Under the pieces are notes generated by a model. The model saw only the letters and a program-made list of their open reading frames with translations. It was not told where the DNA came from and did no database searches. A DNA stretch of 64,000 bases from a virus: positions 64,001-128,000 of the IMG/VR virus record IMGVR_UViG_3300020473_000020. The stretch is one strand, 5' to 3'. A program made the translations under genes and the position numbers. Positions 49,818-58,967 of the stretch are shown here, one piece after another; the first letter of the stretch is position 1, and each line of letters opens with the position of its first letter.

Positions 49818-50306
49818 ATGAAGCAACTAAATACGGGTGTTGGTATTCTGGGTCTACAAGGGTTACGCTTGCATGACACTGCCGACCCCAACACACCTAG
49901 AACGACACCTGAGCCACATAGCAACGAAGTTCTATCAAAGTACACTGTGGTTCCACTTGAGGCTGTTAAACAGCTTTTAAGCGCCTCTCAGTATGTATGC
50001 CAGTCAGGGGGCACAGCCCTGTCACACCGAAACCTCAAGAGAGCAGGCCAAGCCTTCGACAAAGCAAGCCGTCCATTTGGTGACCCAAACAAGATGACGC
50101 ATGAAGGGGCACACTTGCGTGATATAGGCGCTCAACTGGATGAAGCTATTGACGTCATGTACCATAAGGGAGAGTGCAACCCTTACAATACGGGTATGCT
50201 TAATGGTATGCTGTTTGTTAGGCAGATGCTTACGGGCATTGAAGAGCCGCAAATAAAGCCAATGAGCTGTAAACTACTAAGAAGTGAGACTGACGATGAC
50301 GACTAA
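49818..50306 (+). CDS. Hypothetical protein
   Basis: AAGGA RBS. Confidence 0.65.
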   Translation: MKQLNTGVGILGLQGLRLHDTADPNTPRTTPEPHSNEVLSKYTVVPLEAVKQLLSASQYVCQSGGTALSHRNLKRAGQAFDKASRPFGDPNKMTHEGAHLRDIGAQLDEAIDVMYHKGECNPYNTGMLNGMLFVRQMLTGIEEPQIKPMSCKLLRSETDDDD

Positions 50307-50526
50307 GCGAACAAGACCCGCTAAAGCACAAGACATCCGTGTAGGGCACATTTACTATGCACCGTTTGACGGAGAGTACAAAGCAACATCTTTGAAGGCT
50401 CAGCCCGTTATTCAATTAGTCGTCCAAGACAAGCTGATTCAGCGCGCCGTTAAAGGTATGGTTACGTCAGGTGAACGATTGTACCGTTCAAAAGCGAAAG
50501 CGAAACGTATTAGTTTTAATACCTAG
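50284..50526 (+). CDS. Hypothetical small basic protein
   Basis: Packed ORF. Confidence 0.5.
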   Translation: MRLTMTTKRTRPAKAQDIRVGHIYYAPFDGEYKATSLKAQPVIQLVVQDKLIQRAVKGMVTSGERLYRSKAKAKRISFNT

Positions 50527-50536
50527 GGAGAATGCC

Positions 50537-50770
50537 ATGGATTATTTTGCTAATATGAATACGATGCTGATCTGTATGAGCAATAATGCTCGCAAGCAGG
50601 GTGGTAAAGCGTGGGACAACGCCAAGCGTAAGAACCGTCGCAGACATTTACCACGCGGGAAAACTTATGAAAATTTCGAGAAGAGGTCTCGTAAGGTTTT
50701 TTGGGCTGAAATGAAAGCACAGATAGACCAAGACTTTAAGGCATTAGGTAAAGAGCCACCCAAGCTCTAA
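50537..50770 (+). CDS. Hypothetical small basic protein (start MDYFAN)
   Basis: GGGAG RBS before the internal ATG. Confidence 0.55.
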   Translation: MDYFANMNTMLICMSNNARKQGGKAWDNAKRKNRRRHLPRGKTYENFEKRSRKVFWAEMKAQIDQDFKALGKEPPKL

Positions 50771-50882
50771 ACGTTGTACAATAAAAGTTTGTAAAGGGTT
50801 GCGTTGCAGCCCTTTTGCGTTTATAGTCTCGATTGTAATTGTACAAAGCTTTATGAGCTTTATTAAAAACCGAGATAATCTT

Positions 50883-51239
50883 ATGACCGATATTCATAAC
50901 GCCACCCTAGGCGACGGCCGCCGTATTCGCGTACGACTTGGAAAGCACATCGAAGATACTGGGGAAGTTGACGAGTTCGTCACATATCACCGTACCTTTT
51001 CCGATGTTATGGCCAAAGTTAAAGAGCATTACGCGGCAGGCGAAAATATTTTCTTACGTAAGTTAGAAAGCCCCCCAAGCTCCAAAATACCATCTTTGTT
51101 TGAGTTAGATACACATGAAGGTAACGCCAGAAAAAGGCAGGGAAGTGACCCGCACCCCAGAGAAATAACGTACCTAACCTTAGTCAGGGAAGGGCTTACA
51201 GAAGAAGAAGCTAGACAATTTAGCCGAAACTACAATTAA
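50883..51239 (+). CDS. Hypothetical protein (start MTDIH)
   Basis: Downstream of TTGCGT-17-TATAGT at 50799-50827. Confidence 0.55.
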   Translation: MTDIHNATLGDGRRIRVRLGKHIEDTGEVDEFVTYHRTFSDVMAKVKEHYAAGENIFLRKLESPPSSKIPSLFELDTHEGNARKRQGSDPHPREITYLTLVREGLTEEEARQFSRNYN

Positions 51240-51249
51240 CAGGGGTTTT

Positions 51250-51903
51250 ATGAAAGCTTTAACGGTCGTTATTTCTGATAATAACGAAAAAGCAGTATCT
51301 GAGTGGAATGTAAGGGATTGGTACTTATCACTTAACGATGGCGACACTGCCTTTGTGGCGACGCCAACTATGCTCAGTGCTCTACAGTTAGGCGTCCGCC
51401 TAAAAGAACTTGAGACATTCACGTTCACATTCCATGGGCAAGATATTACTTGCGGGGAAAACGGTGACCTAGACCAGTGGCCAGTCGGCTTCATGGATCA
51501 GCAGGCTGTCTACCTAAAAGCGCTGATCAAGGGTAGTACCTACGATGATGAAAAGGCCAGCTTTGCTGAAATGAAGAAGAAGCGTGCGCAAGGTAACCCA
51601 TTTTACACAGAAAAGCGTAGCGTAGAGCGCATATACGACTATGAAAAACTAAAAAGTCACGTTAATGAGTACTTGTGTGAGAATACGATTAACTATGAAC
51701 GCTTCGAATGTACAGGTGTCGAGCTATCGACGAGCGATTGTATGGAAGTTAGCCTAAAGCGCGTGGGTGAAGACCTGTACAACGACGGCGAGATCGATGA
51801 AGATTTCGAGGACGATGAGCAATGGGAAACTTTTTGTGCGGGAATGGCGGCGCAACTTGGTGTCCGCATATTTGGCGCGCCTTGGCATTACTATACTAGG
51901 TAA
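51250..51903 (+). CDS. Hypothetical protein
   Basis: AGGGG RBS; 217 aa. Confidence 0.7.
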   Translation: MKALTVVISDNNEKAVSEWNVRDWYLSLNDGDTAFVATPTMLSALQLGVRLKELETFTFTFHGQDITCGENGDLDQWPVGFMDQQAVYLKALIKGSTYDDEKASFAEMKKKRAQGNPFYTEKRSVERIYDYEKLKSHVNEYLCENTINYERFECTGVELSTSDCMEVSLKRVGEDLYNDGEIDEDFEDDEQWETFCAGMAAQLGVRIFGAPWHYYTR

Positions 51904-51966
51904 GTCTTGCAAGGCTAATAAGTGCTCGCTAATATTCAGTCTCAAGTATGAGACTGAGACATTAAG

Positions 51967-52191
51967 ATGAGTGATACAATCAAGGCTTGCCCTTATTGCA
52001 CGAGCCAACCCGTAGCTTTTAAAACAAGTGTTAGCGCGAACGGCTGTTCGTTCCCTGCATATATCATAGAGTGCGACAACACAGACGACGAGTCAAAGCT
52101 GCCCTTTATAGAGCACAGGCTCTCTGTGTATGGCGCAAATCGAGAAGAAGCACTAAAGCGTTGGAACGAAGTCGTCCCAGACATAAAATAG
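51967..52191 (+). CDS. Lar-like (restriction alleviation) small zinc protein
   Basis: IKACPYC...YIIEC...REEALKRWN pattern typical of the Lar family. Confidence 0.5.
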   Translation: MSDTIKACPYCTSQPVAFKTSVSANGCSFPAYIIECDNTDDESKLPFIEHRLSVYGANREEALKRWNEVVPDIK

Positions 52192-52204
52192 AATTAGGAA
52201 CACT

Positions 52205-52480
52205 ATGAGTAATGAGATCAGGCCAGTTGATGCAGTCTTCGACGACGGAGCTGAGTGGCTATTAGCTTGTCCGCACTGTGGCAAAATACGCGGTATAGAT
52301 AAAGAAGGTTCACTCTCCAATCTTAGAGGCGAAATGTACCAAGATAACCTCTGCTCAGGCTGGTACGAGTTAAGCCAAGACTGCCGTGCTTCGATCAAGA
52401 CAGTTGACCAGCTCTATGCGATTGGCGAGGCCAAAGAGCGTGAATTGGAAGAGGCCGCGTGTGAAGCCGAAGAGAGCTAG
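52205..52480 (+). CDS. Hypothetical protein
   Basis: AGGA RBS; CPHC. Confidence 0.6.
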   Translation: MSNEIRPVDAVFDDGAEWLLACPHCGKIRGIDKEGSLSNLRGEMYQDNLCSGWYELSQDCRASIKTVDQLYAIGEAKERELEEAACEAEES

Positions 52481-52494
52481 CATCGCTGAACACA

Positions 52495-52521
52495 AAAAAG
52501 CCGAGTATACACTCGGCTTTT
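52495..52521. terminator. Bidirectional terminator between convergent genes
   Basis: AAAAAAGCCGAGT-ATAC-ACTCGGCTTTT. Confidence 0.75.
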
Positions 52522-52545
52522 CTATCGCTAGCTTTTTTTTAAGGC

Positions 52546-53370
52546 TTAGTAGCCTGCAAAGTCAGCCCAAACGCCGATGTCACGGCTATTCACTTTATGG
52601 TCTTTGGTACCACTCAGCTTAACTTTAGACTGCCAGAAAAGTTCGTACTGTTGAAGCATTTCAAGGCCAAAGCGGATGTGAGCACAGAAACCTGCATCGT
52701 CTTCTGGGTTAATCTCATCGTCGCCATCGAACTTAGGGAAGTTCTTAACACGGCCGAAGTGAGCGCCTTTCTTCTTGTTAGCTTTCGCAAACGTATGATT
52801 GTAGTCAAGACACGTACAACGTACTGCAATTTCAGTCTTACTTGTTAACGGGTCAACGTAGTAAAGGTCAAAAAGGTTAGCAGCAGCTGCTTCCATTTCT
52901 TCTGGTGTCTCGAACTTATCTTCGTTGTCGATGTACCATTTTTCAACGTCAAGGTTAGCATCTTTAGGTAGGCGAATAGGGATCATATTCGCGTACTTTG
53001 AGCGTACCGTCTTGCGTTGTGACTTCGGGTCAACGCGTTGGATGCCGATGTTAACAAACTTAATTTGCGGCGTATGCTGAGCTTTTAAGTCATGTGAGAC
53101 TAAGTCGTTTTCCGAGTCGTCAATCGCTTTCATGTTGAAAGTAATCGTTAACTCTTTGCCAGCTTCATCAATGTCCCAAATAGGGTCATCCGAGTTACGC
53201 ATGTCGATGAAGTTATCTTTTGGCGAACGGAAGTCGTTAGCTGAATCAACAAGCTGCTTGATGTTAAGACCTTCGAAAAGCATAAAGTCTGGCTTAGCAT
53301 TTTTTAGAAGCTCGTGTAGCGCGTTTTCGCTTTCAAATAAGGCATTGCCTACAGGTGATAAACGGTTCAT
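52546..53370 (-). CDS. SWIM zinc-finger-containing protein
   Basis: VRCTCLDY ... FCAHI (CxC-x(n)-CxH). Confidence 0.7.
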   Translation of the reverse strand: MNRLSPVGNALFESENALHELLKNAKPDFMLFEGLNIKQLVDSANDFRSPKDNFIDMRNSDDPIWDIDEAGKELTITFNMKAIDDSENDLVSHDLKAQHTPQIKFVNIGIQRVDPKSQRKTVRSKYANMIPIRLPKDANLDVEKWYIDNEDKFETPEEMEAAAANLFDLYYVDPLTSKTEIAVRCTCLDYNHTFAKANKKKGAHFGRVKNFPKFDGDDEINPEDDAGFCAHIRFGLEMLQQYELFWQSKVKLSGTKDHKVNSRDIGVWADFAGY

Positions 53371-53383
53371 TTGTGTAGGTTCC

Positions 53384-53779
53384 TTATTTCTTCTTACGCT
53401 TGCTGTCAGCCGCTGCTTTAAGCTTAGCGTGACCAGCCATTACCTTGCCATCATGGCAACGAATATCTAAGCCTTTCTTGCGCGCGGCACGGCCACATAT
53501 TTGCGGACCAGCTGGGCTTTTAGTTGGTTTGATCTTCGCGGTCTTACCACCCATGCGCTCGTTATCCTTCCAGCCGTCAACTTTTACACGTTGTTGAGAG
53601 CCAGCTTTTAAAGCGTTCGTACGTTTTGAAGCAGTAACAGCCTTGTCTGCCGAAACAAACTTACCGCCTTTGCCGTGATAAGGGTTACCAACACCATTAG
53701 ATGGCACTGGGTTAATATGTTTAGTCGATTTCTCTACCAGTTCTTGGTAGCGCTCGACAATACTAGAAGCTCTTGTCAT
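53384..53779 (-). CDS. Small basic hypothetical protein (NPYHGKGGKF motif)
   Basis: GAGGA RBS; Lys-rich. Confidence 0.7.
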   Translation of the reverse strand: MTRASSIVERYQELVEKSTKHINPVPSNGVGNPYHGKGGKFVSADKAVTASKRTNALKAGSQQRVKVDGWKDNERMGGKTAKIKPTKSPAGPQICGRAARKKGLDIRCHDGKVMAGHAKLKAAADSKRKKK

Positions 53780-53972
53780 TAGAAGTTCCTCAATCGTCTC
53801 ATTTTACTAGTAAGTTGAAGTATATACTCAAAACAATTGTACAACGCTGTACATAAGAAAGCCACGGCGCTTTGGTTGTACAATGGTGCGAGGGTTGAGT
53901 AGGCAGCTGCACAGGCGGTCTTACGTGCCAGCATTAAGCAAGCTATGGATGTTAAATAATTAGCAAAAACGG

Positions 53973-54005
53973 TTGCGGCGCAGTGCTTTATAGAGTATTG
54001 TACAA
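53973..54005 (+). promoter_or_regulatory. Sigma70-like promoter whose -10 overlaps a TTGTACAA palindrome
   Basis: TTGCGG-17 bp-TATTGT(ACAA). Confidence 0.6.
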
Positions 54006-54047
54006 AAGAATGTTTTTAGATAAACGTAAACTTGGAAGAGGTTACCT

Positions 54048-54560
54048 ATGGTTAAAAATGCTGTAGCACTACCGTATAATTTGTTCTTCGTTGGCACGTC
54101 AGCTGACCCTCAAGAAGGGGAGCTAACGGAGTTCGCTATGTTGTTTCCCAACAACAAGCTACTATTCTTTCCATGGGAAGATTGCTTCGCATGGGACAAG
54201 ATGAAAAAGCGCTTTAGAAAAGAGGGCTTACACATCTTCCGTGATGTAGACGGTGCAGAAGAACACTTGACAATAGAAGTTTTTGAGTCAAAATGGCTGC
54301 GCGCCAACGAGCACGAGCTTAAACTAGACCCGCTCATTAACCGTGGCTTAGACGGTTGGTATGATGCTGAGGGGTACTGCTTCGTACGTGACGCAGATGA
54401 GGCACAGACGTCCAGAATCAAGTCTAAGACAGCTTCCGAGAAGCTTACCGACTCTGAAAATGACATGGCTCTTGTTGAAGGCTATCAAAGTCGTCGCCAA
54501 GAGAAGCGTCTGGCAGCTATTAGCCAACGAGCGCCACGAAGACGGCGAAGAAAAAACTGA
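54048..54560 (+). CDS. Hypothetical protein
   Basis: GAGG RBS; 170 aa. Confidence 0.7.
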   Translation: MVKNAVALPYNLFFVGTSADPQEGELTEFAMLFPNNKLLFFPWEDCFAWDKMKKRFRKEGLHIFRDVDGAEEHLTIEVFESKWLRANEHELKLDPLINRGLDGWYDAEGYCFVRDADEAQTSRIKSKTASEKLTDSENDMALVEGYQSRRQEKRLAAISQRAPRRRRRKN

Positions 54561-54614
54561 CACTGCTCACGAGGCAGTGTTTTCATTTAATCGAGACTTA
54601 TGAGTTAGAAAAAC

Positions 54615-55628
54615 ATGAAAAATATCTTGGATGCGAATGCTAAAAAAGCAACGTTGTTTCATATCCGCACAGCTAAGGACATTGATTGGTCGCAGTTGAA
54701 CGCCATGGCTTATAACCCTGAGCAGGCGCTCGATGTGAATAATAAACGCATCGGTTTTGTGCACCCGCTAGAAACCTTAGAAATTGCACCAGAAGGTGAA
54801 ATTTTCGAACAATACGAAGGCGGTCTGATCGGTGCTCTCCGCACGGACAAGTCTGTCGTAACTTCTACCGCAATTAAGCAAGCAGCAGCCGTTCAAATCA
54901 AACAGCGACTTGAGGAACTACCAGAAGACGCACGCTTGAGCAAAGAAGAACGCGAGTCTATTACAATCGCTGTACGTCAAAAGCTGCTTAAAGATTCTAC
55001 TGAGGTTTCTAGCTACGTCCCATTCATTATCGACGAGAAGAACTCAAGACTTATCATTTTCAGCACGACGTCTGATATTTTAGAAGCGGTAAAGGTACGC
55101 CTTAATAATATGTTTGCTGGTGACCTTGAATTGATTGACTACTCATCATTCGCAGTCAAAGCTGAGATCAACAATATAGCTGCAAAATTCCTTTCTAAGC
55201 TTCAAACATACCATACGGCTCATGCTGCCGATGCACATGATATGGTTTTCGAGGGCTGTGATGGCCTTAGCTTCGGCACAGGTGTGAAGCTATCATCATT
55301 CGACGATACGAGTGGTAACGATGGCGGGTTCCCGTCGATTGATGTCACCGACGAGCGCCTTTTACAGCTAATTGAAAGTGCTACGGGCATTGAGAAAATT
55401 GGACTGTTTCTTGTCCACTCGACAAGTGATATTGACTTCACACTTAACTCTAAGTTGCAGTTCGATAAGCTTGGGTTAGACAGTGTTCTGATTCATGGGT
55501 TGCAGGAAGATGACCTGCAAGACCCAACAGGTGAGATCCGCGCGACTGCTCAAATTCTAGCCGACTGTGTAGACATTATGCAGAAAAACGTAACGAATTG
55601 GCTTGGAATGTCTGAGCACATCGGATAG
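54615..55628 (+). CDS. rdgC: RdgC-like recombination-associated protein
   Basis: RIGFVHPL, LRTDKSVVTSTAIK, LSKEERESI...VRQKLL, IIDEKNSRLII, FTLNSKLQF; about 337 aa. Confidence 0.65.
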   Translation: MKNILDANAKKATLFHIRTAKDIDWSQLNAMAYNPEQALDVNNKRIGFVHPLETLEIAPEGEIFEQYEGGLIGALRTDKSVVTSTAIKQAAAVQIKQRLEELPEDARLSKEERESITIAVRQKLLKDSTEVSSYVPFIIDEKNSRLIIFSTTSDILEAVKVRLNNMFAGDLELIDYSSFAVKAEINNIAAKFLSKLQTYHTAHAADAHDMVFEGCDGLSFGTGVKLSSFDDTSGNDGGFPSIDVTDERLLQLIESATGIEKIGLFLVHSTSDIDFTLNSKLQFDKLGLDSVLIHGLQEDDLQDPTGEIRATAQILADCVDIMQKNVTNWLGMSEHIG

Positions 55629-55768
55629 AATCATTACGACTTTGAAGCCTAAACCACTACAACATAGTGGTTTAGGCTTAGAACGAATTAAGATGTTATG
55701 CAATCATAATTAAACGTAGTATCTGGTTAAGGTTTATTGCATTGATTACTTAACCAGTTGATAACAAG

Positions 55769-56455
55769 ATGCTTACTATAAGCAGAGGTCGGTTTGGTCT
55801 ATGGCCAAACATAAAGCAAGAGCGCCGAAAATTGAATAATAAAGACAACTCCACTGATAAAAACGCATCCCCCAGCGTCCGAACCCAAGCAACCACACCA
55901 CTTTTCCAAGGTATAGCTGCCTGCGACATTTTTCAACAATCGTTAGAAAGTGGGAAGCTAGTTAAAGTCGTAGAAGGTACCCCCGTAGATGAACGTGTGC
56001 TTGAGTTGCACGACGACTTGAATAAAGCGTTTCAATTAAATGCAATCCAAGCAGACCAGCTCGTTACGACTGAACGTGAGCTAACCGAACGCAATTTAGA
56101 AGTTGCTGAATTACAACAAGAACTGGCTGCGGCCAAAAAGCAACTAGGTATTAGCCCAACGACTAAAGTGGTAGATGGTACCCAAGCGCACAACCCAGAC
56201 TTAATTAAGCGCCAGCGTGAGGTTATCGACGTAATAAACGGACTGGTTCAGGACAGTAATAGAGACTTCGTAGAAATCCATGAGATAGTCGAACCATTAA
56301 AGAACATGCTTGAAGATGGCCATTCAGTGATCCTTAGCAGTGGTACTAAACTGGGTGACGACATTGCACGTATCATCACGATGATTGAAGATTATTTCCA
56401 CACATTCAATCTAAGACATATCGAAGTCAGGGGTAAGCTCTCGCCGAGTCAATAA
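55769..56455 (+). CDS. Hypothetical coiled-coil protein
   Basis: 228-aa ORF with a central heptad region. Confidence 0.6.
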   Translation: MLTISRGRFGLWPNIKQERRKLNNKDNSTDKNASPSVRTQATTPLFQGIAACDIFQQSLESGKLVKVVEGTPVDERVLELHDDLNKAFQLNAIQADQLVTTERELTERNLEVAELQQELAAAKKQLGISPTTKVVDGTQAHNPDLIKRQREVIDVINGLVQDSNRDFVEIHEIVEPLKNMLEDGHSVILSSGTKLGDDIARIITMIEDYFHTFNLRHIEVRGKLSPSQ

Positions 56456-56502
56456 TAAGAACGCACTGCACATCCCGACCGTATAAACATTCTTAATAAC
56501 AT

Positions 56503-56529
56503 AAAAATGCCGCTATAAGCGGCATTTTT
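56503..56529. terminator. Bidirectional terminator closing the peptide cassette
   Basis: AAAAATGCCGCT-ATA-AGCGGCATTTTT. Confidence 0.8.
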
Positions 56530-56581
56530 GTTACACACAATCTCAAATAAAACAGACCTATTATGGTCGTGGTTCGGGAAC

Positions 56582-56710
56582 CTATTTCACTGGGCGCTGG
56601 AAAGGTGACATGTCAGGCTCTCGCTCGATCTTCGGGTCACCACCTTGGTTACCGCCGCCAGCTACACCACCAGTCACTTTGGCTAAATCACTCTTCGATA
56701 GTTCTTTCAT
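56582..56710 (-). CDS. Double-glycine-leader peptide precursor, 42 aa (not in the ORF track)
   Basis: Manual translation MKELSKSDLAKVTGG/VAGGGNQGGDPKIEREPDMSPFQRPVK; AGAGGA RBS 9 nt upstream; leader matches ELSxxxLxxVxGG. Confidence 0.8.
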   Translation of the reverse strand: MKELSKSDLAKVTGGVAGGGNQGGDPKIEREPDMSPFQRPVK

Positions 56711-56738
56711 CGTGTGTCATCCTCTAAAATTAGGCTAA

Positions 56739-57335
56739 TCACCCATTGTTAAACGGGTCTACTTTTAAACGCCTACCTACAAGACCATCTAGTGTCATTG
56801 TCAGTAGCGCAAAAGTTAAAGCAATAATTAGGCCAAGCTTAAAAGATGGGTACGTGTTGTATATAAACATTGGTTTCTCAGCAAGTATGCCTGAGTGGCG
56901 TACTACGTATTCGGCAACTAGCGTGAGATTCGCTGCTATAGAAAACCCAAATATTAAACGGATAAAATACTCTTGGCGGGCATAACCGAGGTCATTAAAA
57001 GCACGGTATATATAGCTAGTCGTGTCGTGAACACAAAGAAAGTTTGATAGCTTATGGCCAACACGTAGGCGGTATTTTAGAAGCAGTATTGCAGTCAAAT
57101 CTGATAAAGAGTAGCAAATTTGATGAACTATTAGTGAATTTGGCAAGTATGGTTGAAATACAAACAGGTCAACCATGGATAGTGTGAACAGGATTCCCAC
57201 TATCCATATACGCAATGCGTCCCTGATGTTTAAGCCCACTACAATAACCATCGCCAAAAAGTAAGCCGTTACGATGTAGGTCGAAGGCTTACTGTAGTCC
57301 AGATTATTAAAAGTGTTAACGAGTAAGTCATACAT
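56739..57335 (-). CDS. Integral membrane protein (about 5 TM helices)
   Basis: Five hydrophobic segments; start MYDLL overlaps the XRE stop (ATGTATGA). Confidence 0.75.
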   Translation of the reverse strand: MYDLLVNTFNNLDYSKPSTYIVTAYFLAMVIVVGLNIRDALRIWIVGILFTLSMVDLFVFQPYLPNSLIVHQICYSLSDLTAILLLKYRLRVGHKLSNFLCVHDTTSYIYRAFNDLGYARQEYFIRLIFGFSIAANLTLVAEYVVRHSGILAEKPMFIYNTYPSFKLGLIIALTFALLTMTLDGLVGRRLKVDPFNNG

Positions 57336-57669
57336 TATTCTTGTGTCCCTCATCCTTTAGTGCTTGTAGTACTACGTCCTTGTCTGCCAGTGAGAGCTGA
57401 CTAAATAGCTTAACAAAGAAGAGTACAGTGTGTTTTGCGAAACTAACACCGCCACCCTTTTTCCTTTGCGCTTCTAGCAGCATTTCATACTGCGAAACAT
57501 TTGGCTCACTGGTAGACTCTTCGTCTTCCCAGTTCCTAACAGTCGGCGCAGTTACGTCAACGAGTGCGCCAAAGTTCGTTAAATTCATTCCCAAGTTTTT
57601 GCGCATAGCTGCAACGTTTCTTGAGACTTGTCGAGTGCGTGTCGTCGGCACTCGCTTCGCGGCCACCAT
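57328..57669 (-). CDS. XRE-family helix-turn-helix transcription regulator
   Basis: VAAMRKNLGMNLTNFGALVDVTAPTVRNWE....EP; GAGGA RBS. Confidence 0.85.
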   Translation of the reverse strand: MVAAKRVPTTRTRQVSRNVAAMRKNLGMNLTNFGALVDVTAPTVRNWEDEESTSEPNVSQYEMLLEAQRKKGGGVSFAKHTVLFFVKLFSQLSLADKDVVLQALKDEGHKNNV

Positions 57670-57939
57670 AAGCGGTTCCTCAGCGGTAAAACTTTTTTAT
57701 TAATCGGTATTTTTTAAATTTTTTTAAAATCCCCTGTGCTACAGTCGTTTGCATCAAAGGAATCACCGCATTTTAATGAAGAAGTTCGAGTGGTCAAACG
57801 AAAAGCGTAGGAATTTATAAAAATCAGCCTTTTACATTAGTAATTGGGCTTGTTGCGCCTGTTTTTTAAGCGACGCTACTGGCGGCGCACGTTAGAACAA
57901 TTGTTTATTTAAGGCTCAGTAGTTAACTGGCCTTGTCAC

Positions 57940-58344
57940 ATGGAAAGACCGATGGAAAGCACGATCGAAAAATATAAAACGACCCATGACTCAGATTCAC
58001 AGCATTGTGATTGCTCGGAGAACGTTGTGGGTTTTAGCAGGGGTGAATGCGCGAGTGAGATTCAGGCTCTACAAAGAACGGTAGATGCCTATAAAGATTT
58101 AGCGCAAAGACAGGGGAGTGTTATTGAACTACTCAATGAGCTTCTTGTCGAAGCAAATACCGTTATAATTGAGGCGCAGGCTGCGGTTAAGCCTGTGGCC
58201 AGTCATATAACAGATGGTAACTCTTTAATTGTAAGTCCTACTAACACCATGGGAGCGGGGCTAGCAAGCCTTATCGAAACAGTCGAGCAGTATGAAAAAG
58301 AGTACCGCCGAGGTCTTTCAGCGGTTCAGGGTAAACTTGCTTAA
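57940..58344 (+). CDS. Hypothetical coiled-coil protein, divergent from the XRE gene
   Basis: 134-aa ORF. Confidence 0.55.
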   Translation: MERPMESTIEKYKTTHDSDSQHCDCSENVVGFSRGECASEIQALQRTVDAYKDLAQRQGSVIELLNELLVEANTVIIEAQAAVKPVASHITDGNSLIVSPTNTMGAGLASLIETVEQYEKEYRRGLSAVQGKLA

Positions 58345-58727
58345 TGTACTAGCCCCACCAGTTACCATACGCACACATACCCAATAAAGCTGAACGGGTA
58401 ACTCCCCCATCCGTTCAGCGTTACTAAAGTTGCTATAACAGCAGAACCCCCTAACTCTTCTGATGGTCACCTGAGCCATACCTAGTATAAGCACCCTGCT
58501 TGTCATGCTGGTTCTTAATCTGTTGTACAACCGTGTTATTTCAGCCCCTGATAAAGCACTAAATGCAAACCTGCGCTATACGTTAATCATCCCTCAATCG
58601 CCTTGTGCTTTCGGAAAAAAGAATTTGAGAGCGCTAAAATCCATTATTAAATTGTAGCAATGACCTTTAATTTATGGGTCTACATGCCACTTTGCAGTTT
58701 TTGTTTTGGTATTTTTGGATCACATTG

Positions 58728-58754
58728 AGTTTCTTTATTAGTAATAAAGAAACT
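58728..58754. promoter_or_regulatory. Perfect 13-bp-arm inverted repeat (candidate operator)
   Basis: AGTTTCTTTATTA-G-TAATAAAGAAACT. Confidence 0.5.
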
Positions 58755-58906
58755 TTTAATGATCCTATATGTATCTATTATCGGTGGCGCGAGATTTTCG
58801 ATGACCGAGCATCTTAATGGTGCAGAGTTCGGTTATTGTTGTACAACGATCATTAATGTGGTGACTGCTTGCTAAGAACTTTTTCGTGCTTTGTGGCTCA
58901 AAACCC

Positions 58907-58939
58907 TTGCAGTGCAGGTATTTATGGCATATTGTACAA
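58907..58939 (+). promoter_or_regulatory. Sigma70-like promoter whose -10 overlaps TTGTACAA
   Basis: TTGCAG-17 bp-TATTGT(ACAA). Confidence 0.6.
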
Positions 58940-58967
58940 GGGAACTTAATTACAGGAGTATTACGAC

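Noticed and set aside
58728-58754. loxP-type or protelomerase target site
   Set aside because: The 1-nt centre matches neither the 6-8 bp spacer of tyrosine-recombinase sites nor the spacer-less telRL palindrome; no such enzyme is in the window.
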